From the NCBI RefSeq assembly GCF_009914755.1, contig NC_060933.1: 64,000 nt of DNA; one strand, 5' to 3'. The notes below the pieces were generated by a model, which saw only the letters and a program-made list of their open reading frames with translations, was not told where the DNA came from and did no database searches. The translations under genes and the position numbers were made by a program. The stretch comes from the human T2T-CHM13v2.0 reference genome, Homo sapiens. The stretch's first letter is position 1; each line of letters starts with the position of its first letter. Below, piece after piece: positions 1 through 13,498 of this stretch.

Positions 1-577
1 TTCTTAAAAGAAGTACTGCTTCTTAAAAAGGGAATAACAAATGAAAGAAAGAAACCAGAGCTGTTAAAATGATTACTCCGTTAGGTCTTGCCATGGTTTA
101 ATTACAGAAATTCTGAGCAGCATTAGATCCACTGCATCACAAGGCTGATTATCAAATTGCTCCAACTGAAATCTAAAGGTTAGGTAAAGGACTTACATGT
201 AAAACACTTTCAACAACAACTAAGTGAATTGGAGTAGCACACTCAAATGTAATTTGAATTACATTGAAAATTTTATTAACATCTTAGTGAAGTTGGTTCT
301 ATGATACACCTGTCTATATGTTTAAAGGGAATGTCTCAATATGGGACAAATCACTGGGCTTGTTGGTGTGGGGTCTTTGTCACACATTCTTGAATAACAA
401 TTTTTCTTAACAAAATCAGTAATGGAAGTATGCTCTACTTCCTGTTTTTCCAAATTTTTTAAAACTACATGGTGGTTTAAAATAGGAAATACCATGATGA
501 GCTTCTGACATTGCCAGGTGATAACAGAATGCTTTTTATGTTTGCTGCTTATTGTAGGGGGTTAAAAAAATATCTTT

Positions 578-2867
578 TGTGTTAGTCTGTCCTTGCACTG
601 CTATAGAGAACTATGTGAAACTGGGTTTTTGTGAACCCAGTAATTTATGAAGAAAATAAGTTTAATTGACTCATAGTTCACAGGCTTTACAAGAAGCATG
701 ACTGGAAGGCCTCAGGAAACTTAAAATAATGGCAGAGGGCAAAGGGGAAGCAAGCATGTCTTACTATGGTGGAGCAGGGGAGACAGAGAGAAGGGGGAAG
801 TGCCACACACGTTTAAACCATCAGATATCATGGGAACTCACTCACAATCATAAGAACGGCAAGGAGGAAATCTGCCCCCACTATCCAGTCAACTCCCACT
901 AGACCTCTCCTTCAATTCCACATGAGATTTGGGCGGGGACATAAATCCAAACCATATCATTCTGTCCCAGGTCCCTCTGAAATCTCATGTCCTTCTCACA
1001 TTGCAAAATACAATTATCCCTTTTCAACAGTCCTCCCATCTTAACTCATTCAGCATTAACTCAAAAGTTCACAATCCAATGTCTCATCTGAGAAAACATA
1101 AGTCCCTTCTGCGTATGAGTCTGTAAAATCAAAAACAAATGAGTTATTTTTAAAATACAATGGAGGCACAGGCACTGAGTAAATGCTTCAATTCCAAATG
1201 GTAGAAATGGATAAAACAAAGCAGCTACAGCCCCCATTCAAGTCCAAAACCCAGCAGATCAGTCGTTACATCTTAAAGCTCCAAAATAATCTCCTTTGAC
1301 TCCATACATCACATCCAGTGCATGCTGAAACTAGAGGTGGGCTCCCAAGACCTTAGACAGCTCTGCCTCTGTAGCACTGTAGGGTACAGCCCCCAGGACT
1401 GCTCTCACAGACTGGCATTGAGTGTCTGCAGCCTTTCCAAGCACACGGTGCAACCTGTTGGTAAATCTACCATTCTGGGGTTTGGAAAATGGTGGCCCTC
1501 TTCTCACAGCTCCACTAGGCAGTGCCCCAGTGGGGACTCTGTGTGGGGGTTCCAACCCCATATTTTTCCTCCATGCTGTCCTAGCAGAGGTTCTCCATGA
1601 TGGCTCTGCTCATGCAGCAGACTTCTGCCTGGACATCCAGCTGTTTCCATACATCCTCTGAAATCTAGGCAGAGGTTCCTAAACCTCAATTCTTGCATTC
1701 TACATGCCCAAAGGCCCAATATCAAATAGAAGCCACCAAGGCTTGGGGTTTGCACCATCTGAAAGAACAGCCTGAGGTGTACCTCAATCCCTTTTAGCCA
1801 CAGCTGGAGCTGGAGTAGCTGGGACACAAGGTGCCATCCCCCTAGGCTACACAGAGCAGCAGGGCCCCAGGCCCAGCCCATGAAACCATTTTCTTCCCTA
1901 GGCCTCCAGACCTATAATGGGAGGGGCTGGCCATGAAGGTGTCTGACATGCCCTGGAGATGTTTTTCCACATTATCTTGGCTATTAACATTCAGTTCCTT
2001 ATTACCTATGTAAATTTCTGCAGCCAGCTTGAATTTCTCCCCTGAAAATGGGTTTTTCTTTTCTACTGAATGGTCAGGTTCAAATTTTCCAAATTTTTAT
2101 GCTCTGTCACCTCTCAAATGTTTTGCTGCTTAGAAATATCTTCCACAGGATACTGTAAATCATCTCTCCCAAGTTCAAAGTTCCACAGACCTCTAGGGCC
2201 GGGGCAAAATGCTGCCAGTCTCTTTGCCAAAGCATACCAAGAGTCATTTTTACTCCAGTTGCCAAGAAGTTCCTCATCTCCATCTGAGACCACCTTAGCC
2301 TAGATTTCACTGTCCATATCACTATCGGCATTTTGGTCAAAGCCATTCAACAAGTCTTTAGGAAATTTCAATCTTTCCCACATCTTCCTGTCTTCTTCGG
2401 AGTCTTCCAAACTTTCAACCTCTCTCCGTTATCCAGTTCCAAAGTCTCTTCCACATTTTGAGGTATCATTTGAGCAGCACCCCACTCCTGGTACCAATTT
2501 TCTGTATTAGTCTGTTCTCACACTTCTATAAAGAACTACCTGAGACTGGGTAATTTATGAAGAAAATGGGCTTATTTGACTCACAGTTCTGCAAACTTAA
2601 CAGGAAGCAGGACTGGGAGGCTGCAGCAAACTTACAATCATGGCTAAAGGCAAAGGGGAAGCAAGGACCTTCTTCACATGGTGGCAGAAGAGAGAAAGAG
2701 AACAAAGGGGGAAGTGCCACACACTTTTAAACCATCAGATCTCATGGGAACTCACTACCACAAGAACAGCAAGGGGGATATCTACCCCATGATTCAATCC
2801 CCTCCCACCAGACCCCTCCTCCAACTTGACATGAGATTTGGTCGGGGACATAAATCAAACTATATCA
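578..2867 (-). mobile_element. Complete MaLR provirus, THE1D-like (LTR 578-959, internal 960-2502, LTR 2503-2867)
   Basis: Two ~370-bp direct repeats (TGT(G/A)TTAGTC...AAAC(C/T)ATATCA, the reverse complement of the THE1 LTR) flank a 1.5-kb THE1 internal region; perfect 5-bp TSD TCTTT at 573-577 and 2868-2872. Confidence 0.92.
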
Positions 2868-2902
2868 TCTTTAGATCAATAACAGCATACCAGATGCTAG
2901 GG

Positions 2903-3963
2903 TATTGGGGGAAATTCACCCCCAATATTTCACGTAGGCTCTTTTCTATTTTCCCTAAGTGTCAGCTGGTCTGAGAAATAAAGGGACAGAGTACAAAAGA
3001 GAGAAATTTTAAAGCAGGGTGTCCAGGGGAGACATCACATGTTGGCAGGTTCCGTGATGCCCCCCCAAGCCACAAAACCAGCAAGTTTTTATTGGTGATT
3101 TTCAAAAGGGTAGGGAGTGTACGAACAGGGTGTGGGTCACAGAGATCACGTGCTTCACAAGGTAATAAAATATCACAAGGCAAATGGAGGCAGGGCGAGA
3201 TCACAGGATCACAGGACCAATTAAAATTGCTAATGAAGTTTTGGGCATGCATTGTTATTGATAACATCTTATCAGGAGACAGGGTTTGAGAGCAAACAAC
3301 CGGTCTGACCAAAATTTATTAGGGGGGAATTTCCTTGTCCTAATAAGCCTGGGAGCACTGCAGGAGACCAAGACTTATTTCATCCCTTATCTATAGCCAT
3401 AAAAGACAGCCATCCCCAAAGTGGCCATTTCAGAGGCCTCTCCTTAAGGAGGCATTCTCTTTCTCAGGGATGTTCCTTGCTGAGAAAAAGAATTCAGCAA
3501 TATTTCTCCTATTTGCTTTTGAAAGAAGAGAAATATGGCTCTGTTCCACCTGGCCTACAGGCAGCCAGAGTTTAAGGTTATCTCCTTTGTTCCCTGAACA
3601 TTGCTGTTATCCTGTTCTTTTTTCAAGGTGCCCAGATTTCGTACTGTTTAAACAATTTGTGCAGTTAACGCAATTATCACAGGGTCCTGAGGCGACATTC
3701 ATCCTCAGCTTACAAAGATGGTAGGATTAAGAGACTAAAGTAAAAACAGGCATAGGAAATCAGAAGTATTGATTGGGGAAGTGATAAGTGTCAATTAAAT
3801 CTTCACAGTTAATGTTCAGAGATTGCAGTAAAGACAAGCATAATAAATTATAAAAGTATCAATTCTGGGAACTAATAAATGTCTATGAAATCTTCACAAT
3901 TCATGTTCTTCTGCCATGGCTTCAGCCGGTCCCTCCGTTCTGGGTCCCTGACTTCCCACAACA
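2903..3963 (-). mobile_element. MER11 solo LTR (HERV-K11/HML-8 family)
   Basis: Minus strand begins TGTTGTGGGAAGTCAGGGACCCAGAACGGAGGGACCGGCTGAAGCCATGGCAGAAGAAC, matching the MER11 5' end; 1061 bp; 6-bp TSD CTAGGG (2897-2902)/TTAGGG (3964-3969). Confidence 0.9.
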
Positions 3964-4462
3964 TTAGGGGCTGTATTAATTAGATTCAATAAGGAAAACA
4001 TATTTGGGATAGTAGTTGCAATTGGAAAACCACCTAATTAAGTTCATGATAAAGCTGTGTATTTCCTTGTCTTAGTCAAACTGAAGAGTTAAGTGAGAAT
4101 GTAATAGGAATCATCATTTCTGAAAATCTCCAGTTTTCTGATGTGTGATTCTCAGAACAATGTAGTTTTGGTTTTGATTCAGCATAGACTCTAGAAGATT
4201 CCATTTGGTCTTTCTTACAATCATGAGATCCCCCACGATAAGAATGCAGGTATAAATGTGTATTTAGCTGAGAAGGTGTATCTCTAGTATTCACTTAGAA
4301 ATGCTGTAAGTTTACCCATCATAAGCCTCTTCCACAATTCCTGGTGGGTCAGGGATGTTACAATTACAATCTGCCACAGCACATATCCAATATTTTGCAA
4401 AGTAATCTTCATATTTTCCTTTATGCTGCACACTGTTACTTGGATGAATAGGTACAAGTCAC

Positions 4463-4553
4463 TTTGGAGCAAGGTAAGAGAGTCATAGAAAGTATATATG
4501 AATTAATTTTTCATTTATATATACTTTCTATGACTCTCTTATCTTGCTCCAAA
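4463..4553. repeat. 37-bp inverted repeat (arms 4463-4499 and 4517-4553, 17-nt spacer) at an L1 5' junction
   Basis: TTTGGAGCAAGGTAAGAGAGTCATAGAAAGTATATAT versus the reverse complement of 4517-4553: 36/37 identical. Confidence 0.95.
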
Positions 4554-5720
4554 TTAATTCAAGATGGATTAAAGACTTAAATGTTAGACCTAAAACCATA
4601 AAAACCCTAGAAGAAAACCTAGGCATTACCTTTCATGACATAGGCATGGGCAAGGACTTCATGTCTAAAACACCAAAAGCAATGGCAACAAAAGCCAAAA
4701 TTGACAAATGGGATCTGATTAAACTAAAGAGCTTCTGCACAGCAAAAGAAACTACCATCAGAGTGAACAGGCAACCTACAGAATGGGAGAAAATTTTTGC
4801 AATCTACTCATCTGACAAAGGGCTAATATCCAGAATCCACAATGAACTCCAACAGACTTACAAGAAAAAAACAAACAACCCCATCAAAAAGTCAGTGAAG
4901 GATATGAACAGACACTTCTCAAAAGAAGACATTTATGCAGCCAAAAAAACACATGAAAAAATGCTCATCATCACTGGCCATCAGAGCAATGCAAATCAAA
5001 ACCACAATGAGATACCATCTCACATCAGTTAGAATGGCGATCATTAAAAAGTCAGGAAACAACAGGTGCTGGAGAGGATGTGGAGAAATAGGAACACTTT
5101 TACAGTGTTGGTGGGACTGTAAACTAGTTCAACCATTGTGGAAGTCAGTGTGGCGATTCCTCAGGGATCTAGAACTTAGAAATACCATTTGACTCAGCCA
5201 TCCCATCACTGGGTATATACCCAAAAGATTATAAATCATGCTGCTATAATGACACATGCACACATATGTTTATTGCGGCACTATTCACAATAGCAAAGAC
5301 TTGGAACCAACCCAAATGTCCAACAATGATAGACTGGATTAAGAAAATGTGGCACATATACACCATGGAATACTATGCAGCCATAAAAAATGATGAGTTC
5401 ATGTCCTTTGTAGGGACATGGATGAAGCTGGAAACCATCATTCTCAGTAAACTATCGCAAGGACAAAAAACCAAACACCACATGTTCTCACTCATAGGTG
5501 GGAATTGAACAATGAGAACACATGGACACAGGAAGGGGAACATCACACACCGGGGCCTGTTTTCAGGTGGGGGGAGCGGGGAGGGATAGCATCAGGAGAT
5601 ATACCTAGTGTTAAATGAAGAGTTAATGGGTGCAGCACATCAGCATGGAACTTGTATATATATGTAACAAACCTACACGTTGTGCACATGTACCCTAAAA
5701 CTTAAAGTATAATAAAAAAA
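4551..5720 (+). mobile_element. 5'-truncated L1PA (about L1PA4-5): frameshifted ORF2 C-terminus, 3'UTR, poly(A)
   Basis: ORF peptides [36 protein letters not shown] and MFSLIGGN in different frames; L1PA 3'UTR; TSD AGAAAGTATATATGA (4487-4501)/AGAAAATATATATGA (5720-5734). Confidence 0.95.
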
Positions 5721-5936
5721 GAAAATATATATGATTTGATTACAATATCTTTCTTCAAGTGAATCCAATCCCCCTTCATTCACAGATACTTGGTGCCTTG
5801 AATTAATAACTAGGTGAAGGTTTGTAAGTCTCTATTTTGATGGTTAGATGAAGTAAACAGATTCACTGGAACAGAATTCTTTCTCCTGTTTGCTTATTTG
5901 TCTATTTGTTTTTGTTTATGCATTCTAAGTAGCAAC

Positions 5937-6230
5937 TTTTTTTTTTTTTTTTGAGACAGAGTCTTGCTCTGTCACCAGGCTGGAATGCAGTGGTGCATCT
6001 CAGCTCACCGCAACCTCCGCCTCCCGGGTTCAAGCAATTCTCCTGCCTCAGCCTCCTGAGTAGCTGGGACTACAGGCAAGCGCCACCATGCCCAGCTAAT
6101 TTTTGTACTTTTAGTAGAGATGGGGTTTCACCATGTTGGCCAGAATGGTCTAGATCTCTTGACCTTGTGATCCACCCTCCTCAGGCTACCAAAGTGCTGG
6201 GATTACAGGCGTGAGCCACTGCGCCCGGCC
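5937..6230 (-). mobile_element. Alu, AluSc-like
   Basis: Full dimer with poly(T) at 5937-5952; TSD AAGTAGCAAC at 5927-5936 and 6231-6240. Confidence 0.95.
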
Positions 6231-6539
6231 AAGTAGCAACATTTTTGTCTTTTCATCTCATTTACTCCTAAAAACAACATGAACAATTTCCATGCACAAA
6301 GATCCACTGCAGTCAAACTATTTTGTTTACTCTATTTATCCTTTTTCTTATTAAGGTAAACCATGCAATTTTGGCCTCTGAACTAGTGTAAGGACTTAAT
6401 GCCTCTACTTAGTATCTGACACCCTACAATTCTTTCATCTTCATTTGAAATAAAGGATCTTTTTTCACCTACATAATCTCATATCAAAAGGCAGACTTAC
6501 AGAGCAAAATCATTTAAGCATTTTATTCTCTCACTAATT

Positions 6540-7100
6540 CAGCAGATAAAAGTTAACATAACAAACCCGAGACTGTTATCCTTTGAAAAGTCCTAATTAT
6601 ACAATTGGCATTTGGTTGGCTTCTGTGGACTTAATATTTGGGGAGGGTTCTTACCATTCCCAGAACTGATAAAAATGACTGACTATGCCTAGATGGTTTA
6701 TACTAACAATATGGTTTCTGCTGAACACCTGTTTCACTTCTGGGATTATAGAATTTTGATACATGCTAGGCAGAGAATGCCTACATGACTAGCCTCTAGC
6801 CAAAACCCTGGGCACTGAGTTTCTACTAAGCATCCTCAGTAAACAGAATTTCACACATGTTGTCACAACTCCCTGCTGGAAGAATTAAACATGTCCTGTG
6901 TGACCACCGGGAGAAAACTCTTGGAAGCTTGCACTAGGCTTCCACTGGACTTTCCCACATGCACATTTTCCTTTTGCTGTTTTGCTGTGTATCCTTTGGC
7001 TGTAATACATCATAGCCATGTGTACAACTCCATGCTGAATGCTGTGAATCCTCCTGTTAATTCACTGAGTCTGGGCATGGTTGTGGGGACCTCCTACATA
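6540..7100 (+). mobile_element. MER68-like ERVL solo LTR
   Basis: GCAGATAAAAGTTAACATA...GAGACTGTTATCCTT start and ...GGTTGTGGGGACCTCC end, collinear with the recalled MER68 consensus over ~560 bp. Confidence 0.75.
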
Positions 7101-7411
7101 CCAATATATTTCTCTAAGACACTGATTAAGGAATTATTTATGGGCTCTGCTAGATGAGCAGGGTAGCAGATGAGTCACATATTTAAAGTCCACTGCATCA
7201 TTTCTATTTCCATTGGATTCATTTTTGTATATAAAATTAAGAAAAATTTGGTATCTCACCTTTATTTATTGCTGAGTCCAATTTTAGACCCACATATATA
7301 CAAACATTTGAACAATGCCGCACTGCTAGAATTAGAAAAACAAATCCAGAAATTCTGGTAAGTATACTTGCACTAATAAATTCAATTTGATCCAAAATGT
7401 TATCCTTCTCT

Positions 7412-7552
7412 TGGTCAAGCATCATCAGATTCTATGCTCTATTCTCAATATATTTCATGTATATAGATGACAAAAAATTCTTCTAATTTTTTATTTTTTG
7501 TGTGTGTTATGTAATTGCTCCTCCCTTTCCACCAAGATGTCTGGATTTGATT
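7412..7552 (+). repeat. Copy 1 of a ~140-bp dispersed direct duplication
   Basis: About 96% identical (4 substitutions, 1 indel) to 8459-8598. Confidence 0.95.
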
Positions 7553-8458
7553 CTAGATAAAATTGCAGAGACAAGAAACAAGTGTGACACCAAAACAAGA
7601 GAAGAATTTGCTTTACTTCCCTTATAGTTTCCTGCATTTAGGACATTACTACTTATTTAATAAAGAGCAACCTAGTCTCATCCTCAAGGAGAAAATAACA
7701 CTTTCTTTAGTAAGTACTCTCAGTAAGATTGGAAAGATTTTGACATATACAAAAATCTCTATCACGTATCCATTTCTTGTAATCCAACACTTATGCAATC
7801 AGGACCCTAAATTTTACAAACAAGTCCTAAGCGAGGTTGTAAAATAAATAAAACTTTAATTCAAAAATCTGAAGAATAAAACTTCACATTAGGTTTTCAG
7901 TAACTTCAAATTGTAACATTAGAGCATGAGAGATGAACTGGGATAGAAATGGAAAGCCTGTGAAGCATTTGTTTCATGCTTCCAGTGATTAATTGTTTGA
8001 ACTGGTCATTTCTTTTTTTAAGCTATCTATATTCAATCTTGGCAGCTATCTCACTCTTGCATTTCTTCTGCCTTCATACTCTTTTATGAAATAGGCAATT
8101 CTATCCTCCACCACGTATTTTTATTGGGCAAGTATTTCCAGAAAAGTGTACATGATTATTTGGTTATTGTTCTACTCTATATTATGACTGTCCTTTTATT
8201 CAAACCCTGATCATTACATTTGTGCTCCCTGTAACTATTAATATGGCCAGATAGCAAATCTACCCAAATTCTCTATATCTAGATACCATTATCTGTAATA
8301 GCCAAATCTTGAATTGAAGTAATATCAACCAATTCTGGCTAACTTTAATAAAAATGGTATTTGTTAGAAAGCTATGAGGTGTCTTACAGAGAAAAAAAGC
8401 TAGAAAATTTGTCTCAGAAAAGTAGCAAAAATCCAGGGTATCTAAGCAACTGAATTCA

Positions 8459-8598
8459 TGGTCGAGCATCATCAGATTCTATTCCCTATTCTCAATATAT
8501 TTCATGTATATAGATGAAAAAAATTCTTCTAATTTTTTATTTTTTGTGTGTGTTATGTAATTGCTCCTCCATTTCCACCAAGATGTCTGGATTTGATT
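8459..8598 (+). repeat. Copy 2 of a ~140-bp dispersed direct duplication
   Basis: About 96% identical to 7412-7552. Confidence 0.95.
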
Positions 8599-9455
8599 AC
8601 TCTGGTACATAGTAACAATGTGGCTATGTAGCTCCTGTCACCACCACTGGACACTACTTACATCTCACTTACTGAAATGTTACTGTTAGAAACAGAAGAA
8701 TGAATTCTAAACTGTTTCTGTTTCTTTTTGCTCCTGATTTTCTTTTGCTTTATTAAAGTCTTCAAGGAAAAATATGATTATCTTAGCTTACGTTAGATGT
8801 GTACATGCATGCTGTATCTCACTTTCTCAGACTTTCCAAGAGTGTTCCAGCATGTGCAAGTTCCGTGCCTCATGGAAAACGTTATACTATGATGGCTTTC
8901 CAAAATATACTGCCCATGATCTGAATTCCATTCCTACTTCCGGTGTTTATAAATTTCATTATTTCAACCCCAGGAATTTGATACATTTGAGTGGTATTAC
9001 ACTTTAGAAACAAAATATTAAAGGTAAAGAAAGATAATCACCACTTAATTAAAAATAGTTTAAGAATGAATCAGATTTGCATTATTGGTTTTGGCTTAAT
9101 GGCAAAATGCTTCAAATAGTATACGGAAATTATTTTGGGATGCTTTGGATAAGAATGGAAAGTGACATAAATATAAAGAATTGCAGCAAGTTGGTAAAAT
9201 CTGTAAGCAAGACATATTATTGCAAATTAAACACAAATCATACATTAATGATGGTGTTGTTGACAACACATCTTGAGAAAATGATTCCTATTAAATATTG
9301 CTTTCTTTACTCTTTAGTGAAGAACTATAATATATAATGACTGTATTATCTTTTGTTTTCATTTGTAGTCCTAGATTTATGATATAAATTGCATGAATTT
9401 TTAGCTATGCCTAGATTTTACTACTACTATTATTACTCCATCTACTATTAGCTAA

Positions 9456-9892
<437 letters not shown>

Positions 9893-10849
9893 TGGCAATT
9901 ATTTCTTAATCTAGAAATACAAGTTTAAAAACTTTTAACTCCACAGTAATTGGCTTTGGTTTATTATTTCTGATAGAAATATAATCAAATAGGTCTTCTT
10001 TTTCAAATGTTTACTGTTTGTAGAGTATATTGTAAAGAGCACTCAGTGTGTGTAAACCCTGTGAGTCATTTGCAGTGAGTCTGTAGAGAAGTTTATCTGC
10101 CACCATATTCATTGTATTTTCATACCACTCTCAGCTTACAAAAGGATAAAAATGACATTTCTAAATTCTGATACTCAATAAAGCTATGTTACTTAAAAAT
10201 TAGAACTAATCTAAACTTTAGGCAGTTTTTGGTCCGCATTCGCAGCCTTCTTTTAAAAAATTCCTTGTACCCACATTGCAACACCTGGAGGATATTTTTA
10301 TTTAAGTAAAATACTCTAAATAGTAACAGTTGTTTCTCAGATAATACCGCACAAATCAGTCACATTTCAGCTTAAGTAATATGTCTGGAGAAGTACTGTT
10401 TCCCCATCCCTTTATCTTCCTTTGATAACCAACACATTCATGTGTCAAAATACCTGTTTGAAAGTTACCACTTTTGGTCAATCTTACATTACTAAAAAAG
10501 TACTTGTTTATTCTGCAGAAAACAGAAAATAAACTATTATATAATTTCCAATTTTCTTGATATCCATTTTGCCAAATTCACTTAAATTCTGTTTGTCAGT
10601 TTTCTCTTTAAAACATAGTCAGTGCTCAACACCAAGTCTACTATTTTTTTAAAAGAGACAACAATAATTTATTTAGCTTATGATTCTGCAATTTATTCAT
10701 TTATTCTTTTGTTCTATTAAAAGGTTTTTAATATGATTTATGGTTTTCCAGACACTGTTTTACTTTGATAAGTTTTAGCAATTTTCTTTTAGAGCTCCTA
10801 TTTCATTTATTAATGTATATTTCCCTTACTTAATCAAAATTGTATTCAG

Positions 10850-11480
10850 GTTTATGTTTTTGACAAATATTATTCATGGGCCTTATTTGGATCATGGTGT
10901 GTGATAAGTGCTGAGGTCACATTGTTCAGCAATAGAAGAAGAGATGTACTCCTGGGTTCACAGTATAAGTCATCTAGCAACTGCAGTGAAGATGAGTAAG
11001 AGAATTATGGGGTAGTGGTAGGGCTGGATAATGTCTAGACAACACATATCAGAGACAGAGACAATATGGCAAATTAGAGGAACTGAATTTATACTCTAAG
11101 AATGGTGTCAAAAGATGAAATTACTGATGAAAACAAGGAGCAGATGGAGCATAGGCTGACAATTGTAAGAAATTTTACTTTATACTAAACACAATAGAGA
11201 GCTTTAAAGGGATTTTTTGCAGAGACATTACTTGATCCCATTTCCTACAGTGTGAGGAATGAATGTGGAAGGGAAGAAGCTAGAAGCAAGAAGAGTTAGG
11301 AGACCATTAAAGTAACACAAGAGAAAGACATTGCCAGGCCTCAGGGAATCAGTTCCTTGGAAATTGAGATAAATTGATTGCTTTGAGAAATATTTAGGAA
11401 GGAGAAACCCTGATTGATACTTTGGGATTGATTATATACAGGATTATGGGAGAGGAAATGATAATCAGGTTCAATTATGA
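10850..11480 (-). mobile_element. Degraded L2-like fragment
   Basis: Purine-rich tract resembling the antisense L2 3' region; boundaries approximate. Confidence 0.4.
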
Positions 11481-13388
11481 ATATTAAACATCACCCATAA
11501 GCATCATCTTGCTTAGCAAATGGTCTACGGTTTTTTTCTTCTCCATTCCTTAGCCCCATGAACCTTATTTTAAAAGGTTTTTAGCTTATATGTGTCTATA
11601 GGTGGGAATGTTTGAGTCAATCTAAGAAACAAAGCAAAGTCAGAAACAGAAGAAGGAGCATTGGAAACAAAAAGTCTGAGATGTAAGAATCTCATGAGAC
11701 TCTTTATCTTTGGTAAAGCAGATATCGTTTCCATGAGACTCTTACACACCCATTCAACAATCCAAGGATGAAGCCAGGACCCAGTGTCCCAAAGATAGCA
11801 TTGGGGAATACGTTGAGCAAGTAAGTGCCCCTTACCACACCCTCACTCAAGGAGTAACAATGGCATTTGCATAAACAGAGAAATCTGTTTGTATTTTCAA
11901 AGACAAGGCTTGTGTAGTTTCTATGCCTATATTCTTAAAACACCATGTAATACTACCTCTTAGAGGACAAAGGAGAGAATATTTTGTATTCAGGATTGGA
12001 AAGGATAATTTTAAATTGGAACTTGACTTGGATGATGCAAATATTGATCAAGTATAAAACAATATCTTAGACTGCTGTCTTTCTCAGTCTCTTGTGTCTT
12101 GCTTTTTCTGTGAATCAGCTACATTTTTAGTGATTGTAGGCTTTTTCCTACATGAACTCCTTAATTTTAACATGTATGGCTTCCTTCCCTGAGAAAACTG
12201 ACTCTTTTCTCAGCTCCAGGTCTAAGCATGTTGGAGAAGGACTTAGACAGGCCTGGCTTGGTCCAGAGGACCACACAGAAGCAACAACCTATGAATTAGG
12301 GAAAATATCAGTATTCTAGCAGGCCTTTTTAGGTTTGATGTCTCTTTCTGGGATAATTAGCTAGAAATAAAATGGCAGGGTTCTATAATTCAGACCCACT
12401 TTATATTCTCAGCAAGAAGAATTTATTTTAGAGAAGCAGACTCAATTCAGGATTTGCTAAATTATGAAGTATATTTAAGTCTATGCTTTTAAAAACTAAA
12501 TAAATGTAACAAAATTTAAAATTTACATAGAAAACAAACTTAAGAATATTTACAATGAACTTATAATAAAGTTATTTAACTAAAAATAACCATTGATTTT
12601 ATATAATTAATAAAGTTCACACATGGATAAGATATTTTATATATAAAATTAATAATTTTGTTCTTTTGTCATATTAATCTAATATATTGTTTTATTATTT
12701 TCTAAAGTAACTAGTAACATGAAATATTTCCAGATGTCATGTTTCTATTTGACAATATGAAAGAATATCTCAAACGTAATCAGTATTCTGAGTCCAAATT
12801 ATGCTAAGTTTAATCAACATCAAATGTAAATATTATACATAGAGCCAATATAAAATATGTTGAATAAATAAACATACCAAAGACTTCTGAGATGCCAAAC
12901 CTTCAGAATTCATTCATTCACAGGTAAACTTTGTTGTCTAGAACATAGTACGATTTTTTGGTTTCTCTCAACTTAAAAATGCTAAAATTTCATTTACTTG
13001 TGCTGATTCACAATTCAACGAATAAAAGAAGTACACAATTTCACTGGCTTAACAATGAAAGCAACATTCACGAGTATTAAGGCTAGACAAAAACATGTTT
13101 CTGATCTCCCTCAACATAATATATTTTGGGGAAAACATATAACCTGGCAAGTGCACCTAGTTGCCTATCATATTCACTCCCTATGATTCCAGACTATCAT
13201 TTGCTGATTTTTCTAATAGAGAGGGAGCTTCATTTTCACTTATTGGAGGTCACTCTGGTTTTACTTTCTTTTAATTTTACTACGGAATTTCTTCATTCAC
13301 TCTCTCTGTTTATTTTCTTCTAGTATTGCTTAGGCTTCTCTTCCAACATTGACATAAAAAAACAAGGACAATAGACACGGATCCTACC

Positions 13389-13446
13389 AAAAAAAAAAAA
13401 AAAAGAAGAAGAAGAACAACAACAACAACAACAAAGACAACAAAAA
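13389..13446. repeat. Compound A/(AAG)n/(AAC)n microsatellite
   Basis: Seen directly. Confidence 0.9.
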
Positions 13447-13498
13447 CCATTACCTATCTAATGAGTAAGGGGTTGAGGTTTTGCCAAAACAATATTTT

